Notes under the pieces: model-generated
What the model was told of the DNA's origin: nothing
The model's database searches: none
What the model saw: the letters and a program-made list of their open reading frames with translations, nothing else
Source: the human T2T-CHM13v2.0 reference genome, Homo sapiens
Direction: 5' to 3' (one strand)
Assembly: GCF_009914755.1 (NCBI RefSeq)
Contig: NC_060926.1
Length of the DNA: 64,000 bases
Part shown: one piece after another, positions 41,486-57,426 of the stretch
Layout of the letters: each line of letters opens with the position of its first letter
Numbering within the stretch: the stretch's first letter is position 1
Position numbers and translations under genes: made by a program

Positions 41486-44085
41486 GTACTTGTTTCTCTT
41501 CTAAGTTACTAGAAGTGCTCAGTAGCTTAAAGGGCAAGTTGAGGTGCGTTTAGCCAGCCAGGGAATTCCAGGAAGGGAGGCCTTTCCTTCCTGAGCAACT
41601 CAGTTTCTCCACTAAATGTACCCTGGTTTTTTCCTTCTCCTCTATTTGAATCCCTTTGGGTCAGCGATATCTTTGTCATCCTGTTGCTCTAGAAAATTTT
41701 AGAGATGACAATGAGCGGAAATATGCTGGAATGTGGAATTATGTTTTTGAGCCAATGGAGGGTAGGAAAATGGGAGGAAGATAACAAAGCTTTAAAAGAA
41801 ACTGGAGTGATGATCATAGTCAGCTTTGTTTTTATTTCCGATGCATATCATGTATTGAATGTTTATTTTGTGCCGTTCACTCTTCCATGGACTTTACTTT
41901 CATTATCTGATTTGATCCTCACTGCCTCTCTGAGCCACTTGCTACTGTTATTCATACTTTGCAAATGAAGAGGCTGAGGCTTGGAGAGGCCCCATAGCTT
42001 TCTCAGGCTACGTGTCTAGCAAGTGACAGAACTGGGTGAGAACCCAGAGTCAATCTGACTGCACAGCCAGCCCCTTTAACCCTGTCGCAACAGACCTCAT
42101 TTTATAGATGAAATTGAGGCTCAGACAGGCTAAGTGATTGCCAGGGACCACATGGTTTATTCGTGGTAAAGCCAGGCCAAGTTTTATAGACGATCTAATG
42201 CAAAGCAAAATGCCACTGAACAAAATACCACTGATTGTCAGCATGAGCTGGTTTCTACCCGCTTTTCTTACTGAACCTCATTCTTCTCATTTGCAGACCA
42301 AGGGATGAAGTTAGACATATCCTTCTCAAGCTATGTTCCAAGGTATACTGCTTTGGCTGGATACTAATAGCTATTAAGCATAAAGGGGTTCCATGGTCAA
42401 ACGTGTCTGAGAAACATTTAAGGAAAGGACTTCTTTTCCATGAGAGTTCTTGGAGCCTTCAGCACATCCATGCATGCTGTAATTCTCCAGAAGGCTAGAG
42501 ATGTGTCCAGTAGCTCGTGGGACTAGAATTTCCCAGAACACTCTTGCAGAAACTAAATCTCTTAGATACTGTTCGGTTCTGTGATACTGATAGAAATTAA
42601 TCAGGTCAGTTCTCCAGCACATGGATCGACAGCTGAGCTCTCATCAACTGGCTGCATGAAGTAGCCCTCCAAGATTTCACATTGAGGCAAGAAAACCGGC
42701 CTTTGCCCTTCCTCTGCTTCTCCTCAGACAGTGAGCACACATGATGTGTTTAGTATGTTGTAGACACTGGGCTCAGCACTCTATATTTATTACCTAAAAT
42801 AATCCTCACAGTGACACAGTGAGATAGGAAATACTGTTATCTCCCTTTTTCAGATGAAGAAACTGAGACTTAGAGAAGTTAGGCTACTTGTCCAGAGTCA
42901 CATGGGGGGTTTATAGTGAAACTGGACCCCAACCCTGCTTGCTTGGCTCCAAAACCACGTAGCCACCAAGCCACATTGACCAAAGTCTCACAGCTAGTAA
43001 AGGGTGGGCTGTGACCACCATGCCAATACATCTTGGTTTACCCTCTATTAGTTTTAACCTTGGCAAATCATCTAACCTGTCTAAACTTCTGTACCCTGAC
43101 CTGTAGAAATCCACCTTGCTGGTGGCTTCTTAGAGTTTCATGAGCTAATGTACGTGTGCACATTCAGTAACAGTTGCATGCTGAGAGCTCAGGCTCCAAA
43201 ATCATCCTTCCTGGGTTTGAATCCTGAATCTGCCGTTAACCAGCTGTGAGACTTTGAGAAAGTTTCTCGATTTTCTTTGGGGATGATAACACCTACATCA
43301 TAGAGGTACTATAAGGATTAAATGGATTCATACACCTAAAGCTTTGGAAACAGGGCCTGGCACACATTACATGCTTCTGTTGGCTGCTAACACCACCACC
43401 TCCACCACTATTCACCATCATCATCCTCTCTTCTCTCTCCCCCTCTGCTAAACTAGAAGTGTTGCAGAGATTAAATCTTATGTCTCACTGGGTGAAAAGA
43501 GAATTTCAAACCCTGGATTGTTGAAGTATGGAGAATCATAGGAACTTCTAGGAATTATTTGGCCCAACCACCTCATTTTATAATTGTGGGAACTGAAGCC
43601 GAGTGGGAGAGTGATTTGCCCGACTTCATGCAGCCTGTTGGTGGCAACATGGACTGCAGACAGGTTTGACATCTTTCCACCATACCGCACTGCCTTTACT
43701 AGGAATCATTTGTCTGGAGAACTCTCTTGAAACTGGTAATTTGAACAGAAGGAGATAAAGGTTAGAACATGGGGTTACTGCTTCTTGCCACCATGTGTGT
43801 GGTCCGACTGTTAGTCCTCTATGTGCCATAAACGCCAGCATACGGCTGGGAAAACTGCTTGTAGGACTGTCAGTTGGACACAAACCTACTGTGACTTAAA
43901 AACAAAAGATCTAGACCTTTGACAACTCCTATTTTTATTCTAATATATTGTCTATGGAACTTTTTTCCTTTAGTACCTACCACAGAGGCTTAAGGGTGGG
44001 CATAGTTCTCTGCTGAGCCACAGCTAGGGTACATTTCTGTGCCTGACCTGGGGGTACTGTCTGGAGCTGGGCACCAGAGCCTGCT

Positions 44086-45440
<1,355 letters not shown>

Positions 45441-45697
45441 GTTGACTCCTTTATTATTTTCAAACGACCCAAAGAATATTATTTATAGCTCTATAATCGC
45501 TTCTGATATTAATACAGTTATTCTAGTTTTCTTTTGACTAGTGTTACTATAGATTATAATTTTTTATCCTTTTACTTTGAGCATGTTTCTCTTTTTGTGT
45601 TTAAACTTCGTTTCTTGTAGGCAGCTTATAGTTGAGTCTTGCTTTTTAATCAAATGTGACAATCTCTGCCTTTTAATTGATTGCTATTTGATTTTAG

Positions 45698-46265
<568 letters not shown>

Positions 46266-46348
46266 AACATTTTAGTTTCTATTGCTGTGTTTTCAAGTTT
46301 ATTAATCTTATTTTCTATGTTATCTAATCTGCTGCCAATTTCATCCAG

Positions 46349-46356
46349 TATATGTA

Positions 46357-46390
<34 letters not shown>

Positions 46391-46584
46391 CACACACATA
46401 CATATATATACACATATATATACATATATGTACATACATATATATACACATATATACATATATGTACATACATATATATACGCATATATACACATATATA
46501 CATATATACATATATATACATATAGATACATATATACATATATACACATATATGCATATATATACATATACATATATATATATT
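46349..46584. repeat. (TG)n-(TA/CA)n compound microsatellite
   Basis: Read directly. Confidence 0.95.
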
Positions 46585-48181
46585 TATCTTATAAAAGCAC
46601 AGTTTTATGACAAGATTCCTAAGAGAAAAAAGACAATTTCAGGTGTCACGTGCATTGATGTACATACACATTGATGATACATAGTTACTGTGTTTATTAA
46701 TCAGGACTCTTTGTTGCAAGTAACAGAAACTCAACTTGAACTCTTTTCAGAAAAAGAGAGAGATGTATTGACTCGTAAAAGAATAGGAAAGGTTGAACAA
46801 ATAAACCATAGAACAGCAGAGATACCTAACAACTTAAGTATTCAAACACCACCAAGACTGTGTTGTTTTGTCTTTGGTATCTGTATGATGGTTTTATTGT
46901 ATCTCACTGCACAGTGTCTTCCTCTGTGCACTGAAAAACATTACCACTGCTTGATGCTGAGCCTCACGGTCTCTAGATTCCAGAGGGGGACTTATTCTTT
47001 CTTATTGTTTGAAAAATCCCAAGAGAAGACTGGCTCAGCCTGAGTTGGGTTTCCATACCTGAACCACTCTATTGTGGCTGGCAGGGCAAGGTCACATACA
47101 AAGATCATAGCTCCCATGAGAATTCAGGGTCTAGTTTATTTTCTATCTACGACATTGAAGATTTCATCTCTAGAATTTAATTTGTGATTTTTATATCTTC
47201 ACTCAACAAGTTCAGTCTTCCCTCTAGATTTTTAACCATATAGAATATAGTTACAATAATTGTTTTAATTTTGCTGTCTGCAAATTCTGTCATCTGTGTC
47301 ATTCCTAGGTCAGTTTCTACTGATCAATTGGTTCCCCCCCTTTATTATGGATCATATTTGCCTGCTTATTTACATGTCTGGTAATTTTTGAGAGAATACC
47401 AGACGTTGTTAATTTTACCTTGTTGGGTGCTAGATATATTTGTATGTCTATAAATACTGAGGTGTTTTTGTGATACAACTAAGTTACTTGCACACAGTTT
47501 AATCCTTCCAGGTCTTGGTTTTAAACTTTGTTAGTCAGGACCAGAGCAGTATTTAATGTAGCGCTAACTTTGCCCATTACTGAGACAAAATCCTCTGAGT
47601 AAGTACTCTACAATGTTTCATGACTCCGAGGTGTTCCATATTGGCTGTGGAAACAGGAACTATTCCCAGCCCTACATGAACTTGAGACATTGTTCCCTTT
47701 AATTCGTTTGCAACCAAAGGATTCTTGTTTTGGCTTTGGGTCATTTCCTTACATATGTGCACTGCTCATATCAACTGAAGACTTTAGGGAGACCCTCTGC
47801 AGATCTCTCCTCTTTGGTACTTTGCCCTGTGATCTCTAGCTGCCTTGGCTTTCCTGGAATCTGATACCTCTCCTCAACTCAGGGAGACCACCGAGCTTTG
47901 GCTGGCTTCCCTCTTCCTGAGTACATCCCAGAAACTGTAGGCAGAAGCTGGGGGACTCACCTAATTTGTCTCACATTGTTAGGATCACTGTCTTTCACTG
48001 CCTGATGTCCCATGTATTGAAATGCAGTTGTTTCATTTATGTGTTCAGTTTTTCAGCTGTTTCAGATGGGAGGATAAACCTGATCCCGTTGCTCCATCTT
48101 GTCAGAAGCAGAAATCTCTGTCCTTTGAGCAGAGCCCATTTTCCCTACTGCACTTTCTTTCTTTCTTCCTGGGCATTATTA

Positions 48182-48183
48182 TT

Positions 48184-48226
<43 letters not shown>

Positions 48227-48460
48227 GAGATGGAGTCTCGCTCTGTGGCCCAGGCTGGAGTGCAGTGGTGATCATGATCTTGGCTTGCCACAACCTCCAT
48301 CTCCTGAGTTCAAGCGATTCTCCTGCCTCAGCCTCCCAAGTAGCTGGGATTACAGGCGTGTGCCACCATGCCTGACTAACTTTTGTATTTTTAGTAGAGG
48401 CAGGGTTTCATCATGTTGGCCAGGGTGGCCTCAAACTCCTGACCTCAGGCAATCCGTTTC
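48182..48460 (-). mobile_element. Alu with (TTTA)n tail
   Basis: Alu consensus. Confidence 0.9.
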
Positions 48461-49631
48461 CTGGGCATTATTTGACAGGTGCACCAGGGGTAGGTAGAGC
48501 AGTCCCTGGGCTGCTGAGTCCCCTTCATGCCAGAGTCTGTGGACCAGTTATACCTTCCTAGACAGCCCTGGTAATGGCAAGCTTGCCAGGCCAGCTTCCA
48601 GCTTATGTGACCTGCGTAGTGGATGAAGTGCTGAAGGAAACATGAAGAAAAGGAGGAGGATGGTCAGGAAGAAGGAGCAGGGATGTCATCGCAATGTCAG
48701 AAATGCTATCAAGTGCTGTAGGAAGGCGAGCTGGCTGCCCTGATAGAACTCACAGGGTGGCATGGCCACGGTATGGTACTCATTTTTGTAGGTCGAGAAA
48801 CTACCTTACCTTTGCTACAAAAAGCCAGAGTCAGGAGGACCCATTCCAGCTCAATCAACCCAGAAGAACATTGTGCATAAACTGGATACCAATTTATTTA
48901 TTCACGTTGAGAAACACCGTCATCTACAGGGACCTGGGCTTTTCCATTGGTGCCCTGGGGTCTGTGTGACTAACGGGTCAGAGCCACTCTAGGAGAGCAG
49001 GTGGTTGTGGGAGCAGCCACCACCTTTGTGTGGGGACACAGATAGTAACCACAGTTTCTGAAGCAAAAACTGGGATTCTTGATTTGGCTGGATATGTTCT
49101 GATTTGTAATTAGTCTGTCAAAATACGTTTAGTTATATTTCTAATAATTCACTGTGATCGAAGTGAACACAGAGATGGGCCTTTAGAACTCGGGCCTCCG
49201 GTAGCTGCATTTCCATATTGATTGCTGGTGGTTCTCCTGTTTCTAGTAGGAACCAGAGGCAACTTAGTCCCCTCCTCAGAGAGCTGCACATTGTGCTGAT
49301 AGAGACAAAATAGGCATTTATACCATTTATTCATCTGCTCATTCATTGGACAAATATTTATTGAGCAGCTACTAAGTGCCAAATGCTGGAAAAACGTAAT
49401 AACAACAAACCTATGTTTTTGTTTTCCAGCTGGAAAAAACAAAGGACTGTATAATTTGATTTCTAAAGAAGGCTTCTCATTCAGGTTCCCACAACCACCT
49501 TCCAGAGGCAACACAACTGCGTATAATGCCGGAGTTGCCTGTGGTAGAGTGACGGATGTCTTGGGTGACTTGGCAGCAGCAGGCCGGTGGGCGCGGCCGT
49601 CACAGACATGGTCTCTCTGTGTTCCTTGCAG

Positions 49632-49971
49632 GTTCCCCCGCCTGCACAGCGCGGTGATCAGGACCTTTGTTCTCGTGCAGCACTACGCGGCCGCCCTGAT
49701 GGCCGTAAGCGGCCTCCCGCAGATGAAGAACTACACGTCGGTGGAGACGCTGGAGATCACGCAGAACCTCCTCAACTCCCCGAAGCAGTGCCCCTGCGGC
49801 CACGGGCTCATGGTCCTGCTGCGGGTGCCCTGTTCGCCCCTGGCGGTGGTGGCCTATGAGCGGCTGGCCCACGTGCGGGCCCGGCTGGCGCTGGAGGAGC
49901 ACTTTGAGATCATCCTGGGCAGTCCCAGCTCAGGCGTCACCGTGGGGAAGCACTTCGTAAAGCAGCTCAGG
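49632..49971 (+). CDS. GREB1: GREB1 exon 18 (340 bp): RFPRLHSAVIRTF...KHFVKQLR
   Basis: gcag|GTTCC, CAGG|gtaggt. Confidence 0.97.
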
Positions 49972-50271
49972 GTAGGTGCTGTGCGCAGGGAGGGGCGGAG
50001 GGCCTGGGGGTACCTGGGAGAGCTGAGGGGCCCACCAGAGGCAGGGAGTGTCACGAACCCCACAGCGTGGCCAACGTGGCTTCCCTAGACCCAGCCACCC
50101 CTCAGCCTCCTCTCTGTGCTTCCCCACCTCTGCCCTCCGCCCCAGCAGCACCCCCACACCCCTGCAGCATTGCCTTATGACTTTAGACCTCTGGGCAACA
50201 GCCTGCTTTCTTTTTTCCTGGGCATCCATTTCCTCTCTTCTTTGTTTAGCTGATGCTTCTTTATTTTCCCG

Positions 50272-50540
50272 TTTGAGACAGGGTCTCACTCTGTGGCCCA
50301 GGCTGGAGTGCGGTGGCGTGATCACAGCTCACTGCAGCCTTGAGCTCCTGGGCTCCAGGGATCCTCCCACCTCAGGCTCCTGAGTAGCTGGAACCACCAG
50401 CGTGTGCCACCACACTCGGCTAATTTTTAAAATTTTTAAAATTTTCTCCGTGTTGCCCCGGCTGATCTCAAACTCCTGAGTTCAAGCAACCCTCCTGCCT
50501 CAGCCTCCCAAAGTGCTGGGTTCCAGGTGTGAGCTGCCCT
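50272..50540 (-). mobile_element. AluJ-like
   Basis: Alu consensus, diverged. Confidence 0.85.
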
Positions 50541-50855
50541 GCTTATTTTCTGCAGCACTTAGGTTGGTGTCTTTCCTCTTTCAGGAAGCCACCCTCCCCC
50601 TCTGCCATGCCCAGGGTAGTGCCATGCTCCCTGCCTGTCATCTAGCCCCTCTCCCAGATGGTGGGGGGCAATGGCCATCCCCACAGAACTCAGCCCCCAA
50701 AGCCTAGCACAGCGCCTGGCCCATAGTAGGTTCTCACTCAATCTGCAGGTGACAGAAAATGCAAAAGGTTTAGGGAAAGAACAAATGAGTGGAAAACAGG
50801 AATGAAAGGGAGGACACTGTCAGGAGAGAGCACAGGCAAGACATAAGGAACAGCT

Positions 50856-51190
<335 letters not shown>

Positions 51191-51441
51191 TCACGGAGCT
51201 GGTCAGCTGATAGAGATGTCTTGGACATGCTCTGGCTGGCTAATCTCCATGTTCTAGCCGACTGAAAATACGGTGGCCAAGTGGATGGTGTGCTTATTTG
51301 CAGTCTAAAGAAATTTCCTTTTGGTCAGAAGATATAGTTCAAGGAGTTTAAATTGGTGTGGGAGGCCATCAGGATTCCTCTGAGCTGGGCTGGTTGGGAA
51401 GGGAGGCGTCTGTGGCTTTATTTCTTTTTCGTTATCTGCAG

Positions 51442-51557
51442 ATGTGGCAGAAAATCGAGGATGTGGAGTGGAGACCCCAGACTTACTTGGAGCTGGAGGG
51501 TCTGCCTTGCATCCTGATCTTCAGTGGGATGGACCCGCATGGGGAGTCCTTGCCGAG
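51442..51557 (+). CDS. GREB1: GREB1 exon 19 (116 bp): MWQKIEDVEWRP...HGESLP
   Basis: gcag|ATGTG, CGAG|gtgagt. Confidence 0.96.
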
Positions 51558-53071
51558 GTGAGTGGAGGGGTTATGCCCCTGGGGGTCTCTGAGGAGCTGG
51601 CTGCCTGGGCCCCCTCAAGGAGCATGTCAGGGGGGCTGCTGTGCCCTGACGGTAGGCAGCACCACTCACATTCACAGGCCCCGTGGGTGGGGCCTTCATC
51701 GTGGCTTTCCCAGCATGGGCCTGAGTGCGTCTGAGGCCCATGCCCCTTCTCCTGATTCTCAGAAAGGCGCTGTTTGGGCTCGTGGTGACGGCTGTTGCCA
51801 GGCTCTACGGGTGGAGGCTCTGCAGGTGGAGTCAGGATTTCATGCCTCCTGAGTTCAGTGTCTCCCCATGGGGCGCTCTGTGTGTGCTGGGGATGGCAGT
51901 TCTGCTTGGGACAGTACGGCATCCTCTCCAGGAGTTGCAGCCACAGTTCCTGCTGGTACCTAGGCTGCCGCAATGCCTGGGCCCTCCCGGCTTAGGAGGC
52001 GTTCTGGGAGTGGAGGCAACTGACGCTGCTCGGGAAGAGCTGGTTCTTCCAGCACAGAGTGGACTGTCTCAAAAGATGTGTCCCTCTGAATCCATCACAG
52101 CCTGGAAAGTCTTAGCCACATATCCACTCGATGTCCGCTGGTGTGGGGGGTCTCTAGGCCACCACACAGACATGCGGACACTCGAGACTCAGGTCCCTGG
52201 GCCTCCTGTAAGGCAGTTTCTTGGATTGGTAGTGACAGATTGGGTTTTAGAGACTTCATACCGGTGGAGAAGAGCAGACGGCCAGCAAAAGATAGCAAAA
52301 GCCGACATCAGTGGAATTCCTGTTATGTTCTGGGAACTGTCCTAGATTCTTCTTTTAGGTTTTATTTCATTTTACTCTCACCTTAATCCTGGGGGAAAGG
52401 TGCTATTTCAGTAGTCCCATTTTACGGATGAAGAAACTGAGGCTTACTGAGATTAAGCCAGTCTGGCCAGCAGTGGGCCTGGCTTCTTCCCCCAGGAGCA
52501 CCCCACACTTCAGCAAACGGCCCTGTGCATGCTGCATACTCATGGGCCAGGGGAAGGGGGCTCCAGAACATTTGACCTTGCTTGTTGCTATTTCACATGG
52601 ATTAATTCTTTTCTTCTTCAACTCCTTAAGGACTGAGACAATGTCTTAATCTATTTTAAATTTTAGCAAGCATTTGCTGAATACCAGGTACCTTCTGGTA
52701 CCTTCTTTGTACCAGGCATCATGATAGACTTTTCATATGAAACTTACTCCTTGCTGCAGTAGTATTACCATCCTGTTTCATGGTTGAGTCAATGAACGAT
52801 CATTTGCTTGAGGTCATGAGCAGTAAGTTTCAGAGCCCCACTGGAACCCTCACGTACCCCTCTCTAAGCCCTTTGCCTTGGTTGTGTTTCTGCTGCGCAA
52901 GTCTGAGCACGGGGTTGGCCTTTCCTCTGCTGCTCACAGATAGCATTGCTTGTTGGTGTCCGACTTGATTGCCATCATATTTCTAGCATCTAGTACCCTG
53001 GCCTGTGTTCACTTGGATTGAATAATTAAATGCTCACTGATTACATTTAATCTTTATCACAGCGGACTTAG

Positions 53072-53779
<708 letters not shown>

Positions 53780-54037
53780 AAGCCCCTTTTTTATCTGACC
53801 CAAAAGTTAGTGCAGCACAGAGCTAAATGCATAGTGGGTGTCCCCAAAGATTTACTATTATACTGAATTTGTTGCTGCAAGCTCCCAGTAACACTGTTGG
53901 CTTTTCCACTTGTACGAGTCCTTGGGTCCTCACCAGGAAGGTGGGGTGTGGTCCCGATCAGTGCTGCCTGCCGCAGTGGGAACAGCACTCCACTTGTGGA
54001 AGGCACTAAACAGACACCTTCTTCTGTGTCTTGCTAG

Positions 54038-54237
54038 GTCTTTGAGGTACTGTGACCTGCGATTGATAAACTCCTCCTGCTTGGTGAGAACAGCCTTGGA
54101 GCAGGAGCTGGGCCTGGCTGCCTACTTTGTGAGCAACGAGGTTCCCTTGGAGAAGGGGGCTAGGAACGAGGCCTTGGAGAGTGATGCTGAGAAGCTGAGC
54201 AGCACAGACAACGAGGATGAGGAGCTGGGGACAGAAG
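54038..54237 (+). CDS. GREB1: GREB1 exon 20 (200 bp): RSLRYCDLRLINSS...DEELGTE
   Basis: ctag|GTCTT, GAAG|gtgagg. Confidence 0.96.
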
Positions 54238-55577
54238 GTGAGGGATGGCTGCCCTCAGCCTACGTGTCCCTGTCTGCATGTCTTTCTTGGCTTCTGAGCT
54301 TTGAGGCTGCCTGTGCTTATGGAGACAGCTGTCTCCAGTTCAGCAGGGTCCTGGGACCTGTCTGCTGGACAGCGGCTCTGGATGAGAGGTCTCCAGTGTT
54401 GGATGAAATGGCAGAGCTCTCACTGAATTCAGATTTTGTTTGTTTTCTCCCCATCTCTTTTGGTGGTGTGAGAAAATGGAAATCCCTATAGGTTTTTCCT
54501 AGTTCTAGAATTCTTAAAGAATAGGAAGAAAAATTAAGATTTCTTAGAGTTCAAGTTCAAAATTTCTTAGAGTTCCTCGTTCCACTCACTGGTGGAATTC
54601 CCACCTAGTGTGATTTGCTTGTTTATTTCCTCTGTGAATCAACCCAACAGCGTGCTGTCCATTTTTAAGAAGTGTGAAAACAGGCTCATTTGCAGACTCT
54701 TCAAATCTGATGCCGCCTTTTTAATAGGACACATAAATGATAACATCGCAAGGCATTGACTATAGTCAACAATGTGATGAGAAAGACGTAGACAGTCATT
54801 CAAAAACTAGAAAGCATTTGTGGAGTGTGTGGAATGGAAGGAGGTGGGTGTGGGCACCAGCGCGGGTCTGTGGTCTGCCTTGTCTGTCTTGACTGTGGGA
54901 CCTCTCTTAGCCTCAGCTTGCTCGTCTGTAAAATGTAGATGGAAAGGCCTGCCCGCCTGTAGCCATCTTTTCGAAGCACGGCAGAGACTCTGATTTAATT
55001 CTTTCATTTGTGAGTATCTGCTGCACGTCTCCGTGCTCCCTGGCATCTCAGGACCCCCTTCTTTAGTTTCACCATCTGCTTCTCTCTACCCATAGCCCGC
55101 ATTGCACTGAGCACTGGCCCACGTTAAACTTGCAGTGGCCGGGCTGTGCCCTGCCCTTCTGGCCTCTGCGCTGCACGGCTGCCCTTCCTGCTGCTCAGAG
55201 TTTTCCTTTCTCTACTTTACCTGCAAAACCCTGAGGCCCTTCAGGGCGATGGCCAGATGCCCCCCTCTTCCAGGAGATGCCCTGCTTTTCCCCCAGGCTC
55301 CCCGACCCCTCTCTCTTTGCATCTCCTCCACCAGCTTGCAGCTGTGCCTCATGGGCAGGAGCCTTCGCTGCACCCAGAGTGCCTCCCTGCACTGCAGCCC
55401 ACTCCCTCCTGTCTCCTCAGTGCTCTGTCCATGGTGGGGGCCTGGAAGATGGCAGTGAATGAGTAAATGGATGGGGAGAGGTGATGCATGGGAACACACT
55501 TTACACACTGTGAAGTGCTGGGCAAATGTCAGGAATGGTGATTTCGGTGCATTCTCAGCGTGTGTGTTTTGGAACAG

Positions 55578-55667
55578 GCTCTACCTCGGAGAAGAGAAGC
55601 CCCATGAAAAGGGAGAGGTCCCGCTCCCACGACTCAGCATCCTCATCCCTCTCCTCCAAGGCTTCCG
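55578..55667 (+). CDS. GREB1: GREB1 exon 21 (90 bp): GSTSEKRSPMKRERSRSHDSASSSLSSKAS
   Basis: acag|GCTCT, TCCG|gtgagt. Confidence 0.95.
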
Positions 55668-56214
55668 GTGAGTCTTCCCACACGGGAAGGACCAGACCAG
55701 CAGACTGATTTTTGAGGTTTCAGAGAATGAAAAGAAACCTATAGAGGGCTATTTGCTGATCCTTTATTTTCCATCAGAACTGGAAAGATAAGGAAATCTT
55801 TGAAGTGCTAGACTCTCTAGAGAGTAAATGTTGTGGTCAACTTCGGATCGGAGAACTTGAAGACTGAGCAAGACTGTAGGGTTCTGCTGCCCCTGTGCTC
55901 AGGGGAGGACCGTGGACCCTGCCCCTCACTGTGGCTGGGGCCTCAGGCTGAGTCCTGGCCGTGTTAGGGGCGGGTCCCCGGGTGTTCTCCCTGCCGTTGT
56001 TGGTTTGGGAAAACCCTGTGCCCTGTGGGGAGAGGAGCTGAGCGCAAGGAGAGAAGTAGACATGGAGACTTCACTGGGGGAAGAGCAACAAAAGGCAACA
56101 CAAGCTCATGAGCCTTCCGCGTAGCCACAGCCACAGCGGGTGGGCAGTGCCAACCACAGGCTCCACACGGTCTCTGCCCTAAGGGGTTCCTCTGTCTCCG
56201 AGAGTAGTCAGGAT

Positions 56215-56301
56215 CCCGCAGAGGAGGGCAGAGCCCCTGGTGAGAAACAGAGGCCCCGGGCAAGTCAGGGGCCACCGTCGGCCATCAGCACGCACAGTCC
56301 C
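56215..56301 (+). repeat. 87-bp intronic copy of part of exon 22 (57510-57596)
   Basis: 84/87 identical by manual alignment. Confidence 0.93.
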
Positions 56302-57039
56302 TGTCTTTCCGCCAAAAGCATTCTGAGGGCCTACTTGCTATCTGGATCAGCACTGAAGGATAAATGAGATGTAGACCTGACCTCAGGGAACGAACTCATT
56401 GTTCTCATAAAAGACGTGTTATTTTGCAGTAGTCTTTTGCACACATTTTCACTTCACATATGAAGAAGTCTGTAATTTTGTCCCAAGGCAGAGGGCAGAT
56501 TTCAGGGTAGGTGAGGTTACCACAGGTTTGAGAGAGCAGCTGACCCTCAGTCGGGCCTTGCGGAAGGTGTTGCAAGTGCAGGAAGCCTTAAGGGCCGAGA
56601 GGCTCAGGGGCGAGACGTGCAGGGCCTGGGTGCGGGGACGGGTGTGTGCGGTGGCCGCAGGCTCCTGTTGTTGGGGCCGGGGGTGTGCCTAGCTGTGGCT
56701 GAGGGAGCGGCTGAGAGTCCCTGCTGTTTGGTCTGGGACGGGGAAAGGTCAGAGGTCAGGGCCCACCAGGAGACTGGCTAGGGGGCATCTGGGGCCGCCC
56801 TTCTTTTCCCCTCACCTCCTGCGCCTGTGCACAGCAGTGAGCTGGTGGTTGGGGTCTCCCTCCCAGATGCCCCCGATGGAGTCAGCACTGAGCCTCTTCA
56901 CCCTCAGCCCAGAGCTCGGGGACTGAAAGAAGCCCTGCCTCATAGGCAGGAGCTCAGTCAGAAAAGCTGCAACCACTGGGTCTGTTTGCCTGAAACAGTA
57001 CAGGGGGCCTGGGGCAGAAACAGGAGCCGCCGGCAAGTT

Positions 57040-57386
57040 CTGGGACAGCTCACTCCTGGGACGAGTCGCCCCTGAGATGGGCCACTCCTGGGACAGGTCA
57101 CTCCTGGGATGGGCCACTCCTGGGACAGGTCACTCCTGGGATGGGCCACTCCTGGGACAGGTCACTCCTGGGATGGGTGACTCCTGGGACAGGTCACTCC
57201 TGGGATGGGTGACTCCTGGGACAGGTCACTCCTGGGATGGGTGACTCCTGGGACAGGTCACTCCTGGGATGGGTGACTCCTGGGACAGGTCACTCCTGGG
57301 ATGGGTGACTCCTGGGACAGGTCACTCCTGGGATGGGTGACTCCTGGGACAGGTCACTCCTGGGATGGGTGACTCCTGGGACAGGT
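57040..57386 (+). repeat. Minisatellite with a 32-bp dimeric unit CTCCTGGGACAGGTCA-CTCCTGGGATGGG(CC/TG)A, about 10.5 units
   Basis: Read directly. Confidence 0.95.
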
Positions 57387-57426
57387 ACCTTCTAGGACGT
57401 CCCTGACCATGTTCGTCTCTCCTCAG

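Noticed and set aside
56140-56367. Exon 22 copy as a mutually exclusive coding exon
   Set aside because: No phase-1 acceptor keeps the GREB1 frame and there is no obvious donor right after it
57040-57386. CRISPR-like regular repeat
   Set aside because: No unique spacers, eukaryotic context, no cas genes; it is a tandem repeat
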